Below are positions 37,765 through 51,308 of a stretch of 64,000 nucleotides of DNA, piece by piece; the stretch's first letter is position 1; every line of letters begins with the position of its first letter. A program made the position numbers and the translations under genes. The DNA lies in contig CM075998.1 in NCBI GenBank assembly GCA_038087875.1, positions 6,450,001 through 6,514,000 on the forward strand, read 5' to 3'. The notes below the pieces were generated by a model. The model did no database searches. It saw only the letters and a program-made list of their open reading frames with translations, and was not told where the DNA came from. The DNA comes from Malacoraja senta. Lineage: Eukaryota.

Positions 37765-40672
37765 CTAGTCCCATCTACCTGCACTCAGACCATAACCCTC
37801 CATTCCTTTCCCGTCCATATACCCATCCAATCTATTTTTAAAGGATAACATCGAACCTGCCTCCACCACTTCCACTGGAAGCTCATTCCACACAGCTACC
37901 ACTCTCTGAGTAAAGAAGTTCCCCCTAATGTTCCCCCTAAACTTCTGTCCCTTAATTCTCAAGTCATGTCCCCTTGTTTGAATCTTCCCTACTCTCAATG
38001 GGAAAAGCTTATCCACGTCCACTCTGTCTAACCCGCTCATAATTTTAAAGACCTCTATCAAGTCCCCTCTTAACCTTCTGCGCTCCAAAGAATAAAGACC
38101 TAACTTGTTCAACCTTTCTCTGTAACTTAGTTGCTGAAACCCAGGCAACATTCTAGTAAATCTCCTCTGTACTCTCTCTATTTTGTTGACATCCTTCCTA
38201 TAATTAGGCGACCAAAATTGTACTCCATACTCCAGAATTGGCCTCACCAATGCCTTGTACAATTTTAACATTACATCCCAACTTCTATATTCAATGCTCT
38301 GATTTATAAAGGCCAGCACACCAAAAGCTTTCTTTACCACCCTATCTACATGAGATTCCACCTTCAGGGAACTATGCACAGTTATTCCTAGATCCCTCTG
38401 TTCAACTGCATTCCTCAATTCGCTACCATTTACCGTGTACGTCCTATTTTGATTTGTCCTGCCGAGATGTAGCACCTCACATTTGTCAGCATTAAACTCC
38501 ATCTGCCATCTTTCAGCCCACTCTTCCAAATGGCCTAAATCTCTCTGTAGACTTTGAAAATCTACTTCATTATCCACAACACCACCTATCTTAGTATCAT
38601 CTGCATACTTACTAATCCAATTTTCCACACCTTCATCCAGATCATTGATGTACATGACAAACAACAGTGGACCTAACACAGACCCCTGAGGCACCCCACT
38701 AGTCACCGGCCTCCAACCTGACAAACAGCCATCCACCATTACTCTCTGGCATCTCCCATTCAGCCACTGTTGAATCCATCTTGCTACTCCACCATTAATA
38801 CCCAACAATTGAATCTTCTTAACCAACCTTCCATGAGGAACCTTGTCAAAGGCCTTACTGAAGTCCATATAGACAACATCCACTGCTTTACCCTCATCAA
38901 TTTCCCTAGTAACCTCTTCGAAAAATTCAAGAAGATTAGTCAAGCATGACCTTCCAGGCACAAATCCATGTTGACTGTTCCTAATCAGACCCTGCTTATC
39001 CAGATGCTTATATATATTATCTTTAAGTATCCTTTCCATTAATTTGCCCACCACTGACGTCAAACTAACAGGTCTGTAATTGCTAGGTTTACTCTTCGAA
39101 CCCTTTTTAAACAACGGAACAACATGCGCAGTACGCCAATCCTCCGGCACTATTCCCGTTTCTAATGACATTTGAAATATTTCTGTCATAGCCCCTGCTA
39201 TTTCTACACTAACTTCCCTCAATGTCCTAGGGAATATCCTGTCAGGACCTGGAGACTTATCCGTTTTCATATTTTTCAAAAGTGTCCGCACCTCCTCTTC
39301 TTTGAATCTCACAGTTTCCATTGCTACTCTGCTCGTTTCCCTTACCTCAAATAATTCCATATCCTTCTCCTTCGTGAATACCGAAGAAAAGAAATTGTTC
39401 AATATCTCCCCCATCTCTTTTGGCTCTGCAGATAGCTGTCCACTCTGACTCTCTAATGGACCGATTTTATTCCTTGTTATCCTTTTGCTATTAATATAGC
39501 TGTAGAAACCCTTTGGATTTACTTTCACCTTACTTGCCAAAGCAACCTCATATCTTCTTTTAGCTTTTCTAATTTCTTTCTTAATATTCTTTTTACATTC
39601 TTTATACTCCTCAAGCACCTCATTTACTCCATGCTGCCTATAATTATTGTAGATCTCTCTCTTTTTCCGAACCAAGTGTCCAATTTCCCTTGAAAACCAT
39701 GGCTCTTTCCATTTTTTACTATTTCCTTTCAACCGAACAGGGACATAAAGATTCTGTACTCTTAAAATTTCACCCTTAAATGTTCTCCATTTTTCTTCTA
39801 CATCCTTTCCATAAAAACAACATGTCCCAATTCACTCCTTTTAAATCCTTTCGCATCTCCTCAAAGTTAGCCTTTCTCCAAACAAAAATCTCAACCCTAG
39901 GTCCAGTTCTGACCCTCTCCATAATTATATTGAAACTAATGGTATTGTGATCACTGGACCCGAAGTGCTCCCCGACGCATACCTCCGCCACTTGCCCTGT
40001 CTCATTTCCTAACAGGAGGTCCAGCACTGCCCCTTCTCTAGTAGGTACCTCTATGTATTGCTGCAAAAAACTATCTTGCACATATTTTACAAACTCCAAA
40101 CCATCCAGCCCTTTTACAGAATGTGTTTCCCAGTCTATGTGTGGAAAATTGAAATCTCCCACAATCACTACCTTGTGCTTACTACTAATATTTGCTATCT
40201 CCTTACATATTTGCTCTTCCAATTCTCGCTCCCCATTTGGCGGTCTATAATACACCCCTATTAGTGTTGCTACACCTTTCCCATTTCTCAGTTCCACCCA
40301 AATAGCCTCCCTAGACGAGCCCTCTAATCTATTCTGCCAAAGCACTGCTGTAATATCTTCCTTGACAAGCAATGCAACACCCCCACCTCTTGCCTCTCCA
40401 ATTCTATCACCCCTGAAGCAACGAAATCCTGGAATATTTATTTGCCAATCACAGCCCTCCTGCAACCATGTTTCACTGATCGCCACAACATCATACTTCC
40501 AGGTGTCAATCCAGGCTCTAAGCTCATCCACCTTTCTTACAATGCTCCTAGCATTAAAATATACACATTTAAGAAACCCACCACCACTTATTCTCTGTTT
40601 ATTATCTTTTTCTTCTTTCTCCCCTACATTTTGGGTCCGAGTGCTCCCTTCTCTGCCTCCTGCCTCCCACAT
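37765..40672 (-). pseudogene. CR1 copy B ORF2 (APE-RT), one frameshift
   Basis: ORFs 39776..40672 (endonuclease) and 37765..39732 (RT, KYADD). Confidence 0.92.
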
Positions 40673-40715
40673 TTTCCACTAGCTTTCTCTATTTGAGTCC
40701 CTCCCCCCAACCGTT

Positions 40716-41681
40716 CTAGTTTAAAGTCTCCCCAGTAGCCTTTGCAAATCTCCCCGCCAGGATATTGGTGCCCCTCGGGTTCAAGTGCAACCCGTCCTTT
40801 CTGTACAGGTCACTCCTTCCCCAAAAGAAATCCCAATGATCCAGAAATTTGAATCCCTGCCCGCTGCACCAGTTCCTCAGCCACGCATTTATCCTCCACC
40901 TCACTCCATTCCTACTCTCACCGTCACGTGGCACAGGTAGTAATCCTGAGATTGTTACCTTTGTAGACCTTCTCCTTAACTCTCCTCCCAACTCCCTAAA
41001 TTCTCCTTTCAAGACCTCTTCTCTTTTTCTACCTATGTCATTGGTACCTATATGTACCACAACCTCAGGCTCCTCTCCCTCCGATTTCAGGATATCTTGG
41101 ACGCGTTCAGACACATCCCTGACCCTGGCACCAGGGAGGCAAACTACCATCCGGGTCTCCTGACTGCGTCCACAGAATCGCCTATCCGACCCCCTAACCA
41201 TAGAGTCCCCTATTACTATTGCCCTCCTCTTCTTTTCCCTACCCTTCTGAGCAATAGGGCTGGTCTCTGTGCCGGAGGCCCGGCCACTGTTGCTACCCGC
41301 AGGAAGGCTGTCCCCCTCAACAGTACTCAAACAGGAGTACTTATTTTCAAGGTGTACAGCCACTGGGGTACTCACTAGTCCCTGCCTCTGCCCCTTGCCC
41401 TTCCTAACTGTGACCCACTTGTCTGCCTCCCGTGGTCTTGGAGTGCCCACCTCTCTATAACTCTTTTCTATGACCTCCTCACTCTCCCTGATCAGACAGA
41501 GGTCATCGAGCTGCTGCTCCAGGTTCCTAACACGGTCCCTTAGGAACCCCATCTCTACGCACCTGACACAGATGTGAACGTCTGGAGGGGTATCAGACTC
41601 CATGACCTCCCACATCTGACATCCAGAACAGTAAACTGCCCTGGCCCTCATACTTCCCCCCTTACCCTGAATACAATACAA
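40716..41681 (-). CDS. CR1 ORF1p: zinc-finger/coiled-coil plus SGNH esterase-like domain
   Basis: CSGC...CVRC, LEQQLDDL, IGDS, LPGA, HIGTND, DGLHLN. Confidence 0.9.
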   Translation of the reverse strand: MYCIQGKGGSMRARAVYCSGCQMWEVMESDTPPDVHICVRCVEMGFLRDRVRNLEQQLDDLCLIRESEEVIEKSYREVGTPRPREADKWVTVRKGKGQRQGLVSTPVAVHLENKYSCLSTVEGDSLPAGSNSGRASGTETSPIAQKGREKKRRAIVIGDSMVRGSDRRFCGRSQETRMVVCLPGARVRDVSERVQDILKSEGEEPEVVVHIGTNDIGRKREEVLKGEFRELGGELRRRSTKVTISGLLPVPRDGESRNGVRWRINAWLRNWCSGQGFKFLDHWDFFWGRSDLYRKDGLHLNPRGTNILAGRFAKATGETLN

Positions 41682-41835
41682 AACTGGTGGAGGAAATCAG
41701 CAGGGATCTGACTCCCAATCAGCTGCTTTCTCTTTGTCCTCTTCCACCAATCAGCTGCTTTCTCTTGGTCCTCTTCCACCAATCAGAGGCTTCCCCACTT
41801 ATAGGAAACTTGAATGGAACGTTGCAGTTTTGGTT

Positions 41836-42405
41836 CCTCCTGCAACGGTCCCTGGGCGTCTGGAAAGCAAAGCCCCGCGCTGTTTAACTACTCACTACCC
41901 GGACGCTGCTCCACCTCCTGCAACGGTCCCTGGGCGTCTGGAAAGCAAAGTCCCGCGCTGTTTAACTACTCACTACCCGGACGCTGCTCCACCTCCTGCA
42001 ACGGTCCCTGGGCGTCTGGAAAGCAAAGTCCCGCGCTGTTTAACTACTCACTACCCGGACGCTGCTCCACCTCCTGCAACGGTCCCTGGGCGTCTGGAAA
42101 GCAAAGTCCCGCGCTGTTTAACTACTCACTACCCGGACGCTGCTCCACCTCCTGCAACGGCCCTGGGCGTCTGGAAAGCAAAGTCCCGCGCTGTTTAACT
42201 ACTCACTACCCGGACGCTGCTCCACCTCCTGCAACGGTCCCTGGGCGTCTGGAAAGCAAAGTCCCGCGCTGTTTAACTACTCACTACCCGGACGCTGCTC
42301 CACCTCCTGCAACGGTCCCTGGGCGTCTGGAAAGCAAAGTCCCGCGCTGTTTAACTACTCACTACCCGGACGCTGCTCCACCTCCTGCAACAGTCCCTGG
42401 GCGTC
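41836..42405. repeat. 78-bp tandem array, 7 full units plus a partial unit
   Basis: Units start at 41836, 41914, 41992, 42070, 42148, 42225, 42303 and 42381; one unit has a 1-nt deletion. Confidence 0.97.
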
Positions 42406-44015
42406 ATAAATATCATATTTATATAATAGTATTTTAAATATAGATTTACCTGCGACAGAGGTAATTAGAGAAGAGTGGGAACGGGAATTAATGGTAAAAA
42501 TTACGAAGGTTACATGGGAAAAGTATTTGACATACATTCACAAATGTTCGATTAATGCAAGACATAATCTAATTCAATTTAAAATTTTACATAGATTATA
42601 GTACTCAAAAACAAGATTAAATACATTTTACCCAAATATATCCCCCACTTGCGATAAATGTTTAACCCAAGATGCAACTATAACACACTCTTTTGTTTCC
42701 TGTATAAAACTTTATAGATTTTGGAGTGATATTTTCGAAATATTCACAAAATTATTTGAGATAAAAATGGAACCTAATAATGAATTGATTATATTTGGGG
42801 TAATGGAAGATGGGAATAAATTGAATCCATCTCAAAAATTATTTTTTAATTATGGTTTAATAATAGCAAAAAAATTAATATTGAAATTTTGGAAAAATAC
42901 ACCAATACCAACGCTCAAAATGTGGATTGCAAGTATGTTGGACACCGCACATCTTGAGGAAATGCGATTCCTCCTAATAGATAAATTTGACCAATTCACA
43001 ACGAGTTGGTCTCCATTTGTCGTCTTTTTAGAATCATATGGTGCAACACAATTGTAAAAGCTAACTCGTGACTGGGCGAGGGATGGTCAAGATTATAAAT
43101 AAGATCTCCTTACTTCTTTTTTCTTTTTCTTCCCTTTTCTTCTTTTATTCTCTTTTTCCTATTTTCTATTCTTTAACTTTCTTCTTTCACTCTATTTTTC
43201 TTTTCCACACACTATATATCTCACGTTTTTCTATTTTTCATTATCTAACTTCTTTTTCTTTTTCTTCTTTATTATAAAAATTAAAAAAATAAGAAGCTGT
43301 ACATAAAATGTATTATGAAAATATGATTGTATACAATTGTACTTCTAATAAAATAAAAATATTAAAAAAAAATAAAAAAAAGAAGTTCATGATAAAATAG
43401 GCCAAAGTCAGCATGGCTTTATGAAGGGGACGTCTTGCCTGACATATTTGCTGGAATTCTTTGAAGAAGTAAACAGCAGGAGAGTCAGTAGATGTTGTGT
43501 ACCTAGATTTTCAGAAAGCCTTTGATAAGGTGCCACACGGGAGGCTGCTAAGGAAGATGAGAGCCCATGGTATCAAAGGGCAGATACTAGCATGGATGGC
43601 TGGATGGCAGAAGGCAAAGTGTGGCAATAACGGGAGCTTTTTCTGGTTGGCTGCCAGTGATTAGTGGAGTTCTGTGGTGGTTGGTGCTGGGGCCGCTTCA
43701 CTGCACATTGTATATTAATGATTTGGATGAGGGGATTGAAGGCTTTGTGGCCAAGTTTGCAGATTATACGAAAATAGGTGGAAGGGAAGGTCGTGTAGAG
43801 AAAGCAGGGACTCTGCAGAAGGACTTGGATAGGTTGGGAGAGTGGGCAGAGAAGTGGCAGATAAAATATAGCATAGCAAAGAGTGGAGTCATGCATTTAG
43901 GAATAAAGGCTTAGATTATTTTCTAAATAGGGAGAGAATCCAGACATCGGAGGTGCAAAGGGACTTGGGAGTGCTGGTGCAGGATTCCCAAAAAGTTAAT
44001 CTGCAAGTTGAATCA

Positions 44016-46510
44016 ACCTGTTGGGGGTGTACTACAGACCTCCGAATATTCAATGGGAATTAGAAGAACAAATGTGCCGGGAGATTGCAGACAGCTGCAG
44101 GTCAAATAAGGTTGTTGTAGTAAGGGATTTTAACTTTCCCAATATAGACTGGAAAAATCATAGCGTGAAGGGTTCAGATGGGGTGCAATTCCTCAAAAGT
44201 GTTCAGGAGAGTTTTTCTAAGCAGTATGTGGAGGCCCCCACACGTGAGAGGGCAACGCCGGATCTAGTATTGGGAAATTGGGAAGGGCAAGTTAATGAAG
44301 CGTGTGTGGAGGAGCCTTTTGGGACCAGTGACGACAGTTCGATTAGGTTTAAGATAGTTATGGATAGGGATGGAGAGGGTCCACGTGTTAAAATGCTCAA
44401 CTGGGGTAAGACCAACTTTGAGGGTATGAGAGAAGGTCTCACTCAAGTTGACTGGAGCAGGTTATTAGAGGGGAAAGGAACATCAGCCAAGTGGGATGTT
44501 TTTAAAAATGTACCGAAGAAAGCTCAGGGTATGTACGTCCCCATTAGAGTGAAGGGCAAAGCAGGCAAACGTAAGGAAGCTTGGCTGATGAGGGAAATTG
44601 AGGCATTGGTCAAAAACAAGAAGGATGCATGAGACGGGTGTAGGCAGCTGGGATCAAGTGCATCCCTGGAGGAGTTTCGGGAACTAAGGAGTAAACTGAA
44701 AAAGGAAATCAGAAGGGCAAAAAGGGGCCAAGAGATAGGTCTGGCTGGTAGCATTAAGGACAATCCCAAAAGATTTTATAAATACACAAGGGGGAAAAGG
44801 GTAATTAGAGCGAGAGAGTGGGACCTGTCAGGAATCAAAGCGGTCACCTCTATGTGGAGCCACAGGAGATGGGGAAGGTCCTCAATGAGTATTTCTCCTC
44901 TGTATTTACCGAGGAGAAAGACAGTAGGACGGAGGAACTTGGGACAGTCAATGGAAGTGTCTTGAGAGCAGTCAGGGTTACTGTCGAAGAAGTACTGAAG
45001 GTACTGTCGTGTTTGAAGGTAGACAAATCTCCAGGGCCTGATCTGATATATCCGAGGACATTGCAGGAAACTAGAGAGGAAATTGCGGGAGCCCCGATTG
45101 AAATTTACGAGTCGTCCTTAAATACAGGAGAGGTGCCGGAAGACTGGAGGGTGGCAAATGTTGTGCCTCTTTTCAAGAAAGGCTGCAGAGAAAATGTTGG
45201 GAACTATAGGCCGGTGAGCTTAACATCGGTAGTTGGTAAATTACTGGAGATTATTCTGTGGGATAGGATAAACAGGCATTTGGATGGGCAAGGGCTGATT
45301 AGGGATAGTCAGCATGGTTTTGTACGAGGGAGGCGGTGTCTCACTAATCTGATTGATTTTTTTGAAGACGTGACCAAAAAGGTTGATGAAGGCAGAGTTG
45401 TAGATGTTGTGTACATGGACTTCAGTAAGGCGTTCGACAAGGTTCCGCATGGTAGGCTGCTCTGGAAGGTTAGATCACATGGGATCCTGAATGGATAGCA
45501 AATTGGCTCCATGGAAGGAAGCAGAGGGTAACGATGGAAGGTTGCTTCTCAGACTGGAAGCCTGTGACTAGTGGCGTACCTCAGTGTTCAGTGCTGGGCC
45601 CGTTACTGTTTGTCATCTACATCAATGATTTGGAAGAGAACATACAGGGCAAGATTAGCAAGTTTACTGATGATAAAGTGAGTGGTTTTGCAGAGAGTGA
45701 AGATGGTTGTGAAGATTACAGCAGGATCTGGATTGATTGGTCAGGTGGACGGAAGAATGGTTGATGGAATTTAATACAGAGAAGTGTGAGGTGTTGCATT
45801 TTGGGATGTCGAACAAGGGCAGGACCTACACAGTAAATGGTAGGCCTCTGGGTAGTGCTGTACAGCAAAGGGATCTAGGAGTACAGGTGCATGGTTCCTT
45901 GAAGGTCGAGTCGCAGGTAGATAAGGTGGTCAAAAAGGCTTTTTGCACTTTGGCCTTCATCAGTCAGAGGATTGAGTATAGAAGTTGGGAGGTCATGTTG
46001 CAGTTGTATAAGACGTTGGTGAGACCGCATTTAGAATATTGTGTTCAGTTCTGGGCACCATGTTATAGGAACTATATTGTCAAGCTTGAAAGGGTTCTGA
46101 AAATATTTACGAGGATGTTGCCAGGACTAGAGGGTGTGAGCTATAGGGAGAGGATGAGTAGGCTGGGTCTCTATTCCATGGAGTGCAGGAGGATGTGGGG
46201 AGATCTTGTAGAGGTGTACAGAATCATGAGAGGAATAGATCGGGTTGATGCACAGAGTCTTTTGCCCAGAGTCGGGGAATCGAGGACCAGAGGACATAGG
46301 TTCAAGGTGAAGGGGAAAAGATTTAATAGGAATCCAAGGCGTAACCTTTTCACACAAAGGATGGTGAGTGTATGGAACAAGCTGCCAGATGAGGTAGTTG
46401 AGGCTGGGGCTCTCCCGTCGTCCAAGAAACAGTTAGACAGATACATGGATAGGACAGGTTTGGAGGGATATGGACCATGCGCAGGCAGGTGGGACCAGTG
46501 TTGCTGGGAC
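44016..46510 (+). mobile_element. CR1 ORF2 remnant, same subfamily as 2737-17640
   Basis: ORFs 44021..44632, 44818..45498 and 45737..46522. Confidence 0.92.
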
Positions 46511-48329
46511 AATAGACAATAGGTGCAGGAGTCGGCCATTCAATGTGATCATGGCTGATCATCCCCAATCAGTACCCCGTTCCTGCCTTCGCCCTATATC
46601 ACCTGACTCCGCTATCTTTAAGAGCCCTATCTAGCTCTCTCTTGAAAGTATCCAGAGAACCAGCTTCCATCGCCCTCTAAGGCAGAGAATTCCACAGACT
46701 CACAACTCTCTTTGAGAAAAAGTGTTTCCTCGTCTCCGTTCTAAATGGCTTACCCCTTATTCTAAACTGTTGCCCCTGGTTCTGGACTTCCCCAACATTG
46801 GGAACATGTTTCCTGCCTCTAGTGTGTCCAAACCCTTAACAATCTTATATGTTTCAATAAGATATATATGTTTCAATAAGATACCCTCTCATCCTTCTAA
46901 ACTACAGAGTGTACAAGCCCAGCCGCTCCATTCTCTCAGCATTTGACAGTCCCGCCATCCCGGGAATTAACCTTGTAAACCTACGCTTTTGTCCCTCAAT
47001 AGCAAGAATGTCCTTCCTCAAATGAGGGGACCAAAACTGCACACAATACTCCAGGTGTGGCCTCACTAGGGCTCTGTACAACTGCAGAAGGACCTCTTTG
47101 CTCCTATACTCGACTCCTCTTGTTATAAAGGCCAACATGCCATTCGCTTTCTTCCCTGGCTGCTGTACCTGCATGCTTACTTTCATAGACTGATGAAGAA
47201 GGACCCCCAGATCCCGTTGTACTTCCCCTTTTCCCAACTTGACGCCATTTAGATAATAATCTGCCTTCCTGTTTTTTATACCAAAGTGGTAACCTCACAT
47301 TTATCCACATTAAACTTCATCTGCCATGCAACTGCCCACTCACCCAACCTGTCCAAGTCACCCTGCATTCTCACAGCATCCACCTCACAGTTTACACTGT
47401 CACCCAGCTTTGTGTCATCTGCAAATTTGCTAATGTTACTTTGAATCCCTTCATCCAAATCATTGATGGATATTGCAAATAGCTGTGGTCCCAGCACCGA
47501 GCCTTGCGGTACCCCACTAGTCACTGCCTGCCATTCTGAAAGGGACCCGTTAATCTCTATCAATGGGGACAGTGTGAAGAGAGTGTCCAGCTTTAGGTTT
47601 CTGGGCACACACATTTCGGAGGACCTCACATGGTCCACCAACACCGCTGCGCTGGTCAAGAAGGCACAGCAATGACTGTTCTTCCTAAGAACATTGAAAA
47701 AGACTGGTCTGCCCCAACAGCTGCTGACAACCTTCTACCGCTGCACCACAGAGAGCATTCTAACACATGGCATTTCTGTGTGGTATCTCAGCTGCACGGA
47801 GGCGGAGAGGAGAGCTCTTCAACGCGTCGTCCACAGGGCGCAGAAGATTATTGGGACACAACTACCAGCCTTGGAGGGCATCTACTACACACGGTGCCTC
47901 AGGATGGCTGTCAGCATCCACAAAGACTCCTCACACCCTTGTAATAGTCTATTCGAACTCCTACTTTCCGGCAGACGTTACAAGGCCTTCTATGCCCGCA
48001 CCTCCAGACTCAGGAACTGCTTCATCCCCAGAGGTATCGTTGCTCTGAACCGGCCCTGCTGAGTGCCCCCCCCCTTCCCCCACTACATCGACCCGGCACA
48101 GACATATTTGCACTTTAGACTGTTTTACTGTTTATTTAAAAAAAATTATAAACCATGTTTCTCGGGGTACCTAAATTTTATTAGTTGTTTAAGTTATGAC
48201 ATCGGATGGAAGCTGCATACCAAATCTCGTTGCACCTATGTGCAATGACAATGAAATATATTATTATTATTACTCTTAGTTTCCTGTCTGCCAACCAATT
48301 TTCTATCCATGTCAGCACTCTACCCCCAT
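46511..48329 (-). mobile_element. CR1 3' fragment interrupted by a Rex1/Babar fragment
   Basis: ORFs 46902..47237 and 47276..47659; the CR1 resumes at ~48270. Confidence 0.88.
47555..48271 (+). mobile_element. Rex1/Babar LINE 3' fragment
   Basis: INGDSVKRVSSFRFLGTHISEDLTWS...FYRCTTESILT...SGRRY; (TTA)n tail. Confidence 0.88.
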
Positions 48330-48682
48330 TGTTGGCCGGAGTGGGCGAGTTGTTTCCACACTTGCTTTCTGAGCAAGAGGCATGTCATCAGTTCACTATC
48401 TGGCATCTGCTCTTCATACACTATGTTGTATTCACTCACCTCTTAACTCACCTGATGAATTGCTGGTTGTGATGTTCAACATCTGTGTTTCATGAATTTC
48501 CCCATGGTAATTAATATGAAAGCAGTAGCAATGTCAAAAATACTCACTAAAAGTCTACATCATTAAGGAAGGCTGAGACAAAGTTTATCACTCGGTTACT
48601 TCAATTTGTGTCTTACCAAATCTGGATGTGAAAATCAGCAAGGTTTATACGTGTCAACTTTGGCAAGCTCGGCTTGTATGTG

Positions 48683-50231
48683 TTTTTTTTATTTTTTATT
48701 TTAAATTTTTTTTTTATTAGAAGTATTGTACAGTACAGTGATCTCCAATAAACATAAGGTTATACTTTTCTTGTACCACTTCTTATTTTAAACTTTAATA
48801 AGAGAAAGGATAGAAAGAGTTAGTAAAGATAGTAAGTGAGTGATTGAAAGAATGGTCCAGGAACACCCATATGGACCTAAACCACGAGAAATAGTTTTTT
48901 AAAAAAAGGGAAAAACCAAAAGCAGGAAAAAGAAAAAAGAAAAAGTAAGATAAGATAGGACAATATAAAAGGGATGTACCTACTTCATATCTTTACTCAC
49001 CCCTCGCCAGGTCCTGAAACCGTTTATTATCAACATTTTGTTGCACCCTATATTTGTAATAAGTCGATAAATGGAGACCAAATCTTTTGGAATTGGTCTG
49101 GTTTACCTGCTAAGAGGAATCTCATATCTTCTAGGTGTAACAGTTCCGACATATTAGAAATCCACATTTTTGTCGTTGGTGTGGGAGCGTTTTTCCAAAA
49201 TTTCAGTATAAGTTTTTTTGCCGTTATTAAGCCATAATTAAGAAAGCTCCTTTGAAACGAAGTCAGCTCCAAATCGGCTTCGATTGTTCCAAAAAATGAT
49301 CAGTTCTGCATTCGGTTTCAGTTTTATCTTAAATAATTTCGTGAAAATGTCAAAGATTTCATTCAAAACTTTTTGGATTTTTATACAAAAAACAAAAGAA
49401 TGTGCTATAGTTGCTTCTTGGGTTAGACATTTATCACAGATAGAAGAGACATTTGGGTAAAATTTACTTAATTTAGCTTTTGTAAAATTTTAAATTGAAT
49501 TAGAGTATGTCTTACGTTAATCGAGCATTTATGCACATATAATAGATGTTTATCCCAACTCTCTTTCGAGATTTTTATAGCTAGTTCTTGTTCCCAATCT
49601 CTTCTAATCCTATCAGATGATGGAATTTCTATGTTTAAAATGGTATTATACAGGTATGATATTAAATTAGTTGATTCCGCTTTTATATTCATTATCTCGT
49701 CTGATAGGTCTGGAGACATATTTTGATATTCTCGTGTATATTTTTTCAAATAGTCACGTATTTGAAAATATTTAAAATATTGATTACTACTCAAGTTACA
49801 TTTAAGTTGTAGTTGGTGAAATGTTAAAAAACTTCCATTATCATACATATCTCCAAAAGTTTTAATTCCTAATCTATCCCAGTTTTTAAAAGATTTATCT
49901 ATCATAGAAGGTATGAACGTAGGGTTATTCATTATAGGTGAGAGAAGCGATAGATTTCTTAATTTTAAAGTTAATTTTATTTGTTTCCAAATTCTAATTG
50001 TACTATGAATAATTGGATTTTTACTGTATATTCTATTCTTCATTTTTGTTGGTGAGAGAAGGATCGCTCCTATATTAAAAGGGGAACAATCCTCTCTCTC
50101 CATTACTATCCAATCCAGCTGCTGGGCTGAATTGTCCAACAGGTGAATCATATTTTTGACATTTGTGGCCCAGTAATAATATAAAAAATGAGGGAGTGAT
50201 AATCCGCCAGATTCTTTAGGTTTGCACAGAT
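48683..50231 (-). mobile_element. L1-type LINE 3' fragment
   Basis: ORFs 49468..50352 and 49048..49272 are homologous to the L1 at 31127-43380; poly-T at the left end; perfect 15-bp TSD CTCGGCTTGTATGTG at 48668-48682 and 50232-50246. Confidence 0.92.
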
Positions 50232-50276
50232 CTCGGCTTGTATGTGAGGAACAGCAAGATACCAACTGTAAACATA

Positions 50277-50680
50277 GGCTCTCCCAGTGGCTCAGCACTT
50301 CAACTCCCCCTCCCATTCCATATCCGACCTCTCTGTCCTGGGCCTCCTCCATGGCCAGAGTGAGCTACACCGGAAATTGGAGGAACAGCACCTCATATTC
50401 CGCTTGGGCAGTCTGCATCCCGGTGGCCTGAACATTGAATTCTCCCAATTCCGTTAGCCCTTGCTGTCTCCTCCCCTTCCTAGCTCTTCCTCAGCCCTCG
50501 GGCTCCTCCTCCTCCTTTTTCCTTTCTTCTCCCCCCCCCCCCCCAACCTCCCAGTCTGAAGAAGGGTTTTGGCCCGAAACGTTGCCTATTTCCTTCGCTC
50601 CATAGATGCTGCTGTACCCGCTGAGTTTCTCCAGCACTTTTGTCTACCTTTGATTTTCCAGCATCTGCAGTTCCTTCTTA
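50277..50680 (+). mobile_element. Penelope-like 3' remnant (GIY-YIG end plus pLTR)
   Basis: LPVAQHFNSPSHSISDLSVLGLLH...LEEQHLIFRLGSLHPGGLNIEF, followed by a pLTR of the same family as 11767 and 17654. Confidence 0.85.
50556..50583 (+). ncRNA. Minimal type I hammerhead ribozyme motif in a Penelope pLTR
   Basis: CTGAAGA-A-GGGT-TTTG-GCCC-GAAAC-GTT. Confidence 0.7.
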
Positions 50681-51308
50681 AACACTCTCACTCTTGTGTT
50701 CACCGTATCTCTTATGTAGCTATGAAAGCTGCATCATGTACTCCAAGCAGGAATGGAAATTGAACAGTTTGCACCTTTTCCTCGAAAGAAAGATTTTTTG
50801 AGTCACTTGAGACCAGTGGGGGAATCCTTGTGACACCTGGCCTCAAATCTATACAGACTATGCTGTAAAACTGGCAACTTTGCTGACTGGGTCAATGGAG
50901 CACCAGCCTTAAGACTATCTGCCAAATCCTATGATCTGGCCGACTGTAAAACTAACCACGATGAAGGGGAAGGCCAAAGCTCTGACATAATGACCAAACT
51001 CTTGAAAAATTCAGCATTCCCTCTGAAAATTGGGAGCATCCTGCTCAAGTCCCTTGGCCTGGAGAAGTTTAGTCCGATGCAATCCTGGTCGGGTGGTCTG
51101 ATGCAATCACTATGAAAATCCACCAGAGGGCTCAAACTGAGGCCCCTGGGCGAGCCAGTATTATGCTTCAACTTCCTTGCGACAAATGGGCCACTTGCCT
51201 CTGTGGGAAAGCTTGTTGCCCAACAAGCCTGGACCGAGCTTCTCCAGGCCAAGTTACTTAAGCAGAATTCTCTAAACACTGCTTTTATCCCATTGCTTAG
51301 CATCACCT

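Larger units (their letters stand above)
37635..42408 (-). mobile_element. Full-length CR1 (copy B) with a tandem-monomer 5' end
   Basis: ORF1, ORF2 with one frameshift near 39800, (ATATAACC)n tail; short TSD AATAT at 37630-37634 and 42409-42413. Confidence 0.95.
31127..43380 (+). mobile_element. L1-type LINE, 5'-truncated, in three pieces (31127-32669, 37127-37634, 42409-43380)
   Basis: AT-rich ORF2 with DQTGF, SLDAEKAFD, GNRQGC, LYADD and a C-terminal CCHC region; AATAAA and poly-A at ~43345-43380; 14-bp TSD AGAAGTTCA(C/T)GATA at 31113-31126 and 43381-43394, at a TT|AGAA site. Confidence 0.92.
30432..44015 (+). mobile_element. Decayed CR1 ORF2 (30432-31126 and 43381-44015) split by an L1
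   Basis: ...EVTEYLEVHD before the L1 continues as KIGQSQHGF after the L1 poly-A. Confidence 0.88.

Noticed and set aside
41836..42405. Regular repeat array as a CRISPR, or as a 26-aa repeat protein (ORFs 41734..42198 and 41814..42437)
   Set aside because: Units are head-to-tail with no unique spacers and there are no cas genes. The ORFs arise because 78 is a multiple of 3, and a 1-nt deletion breaks the frame.
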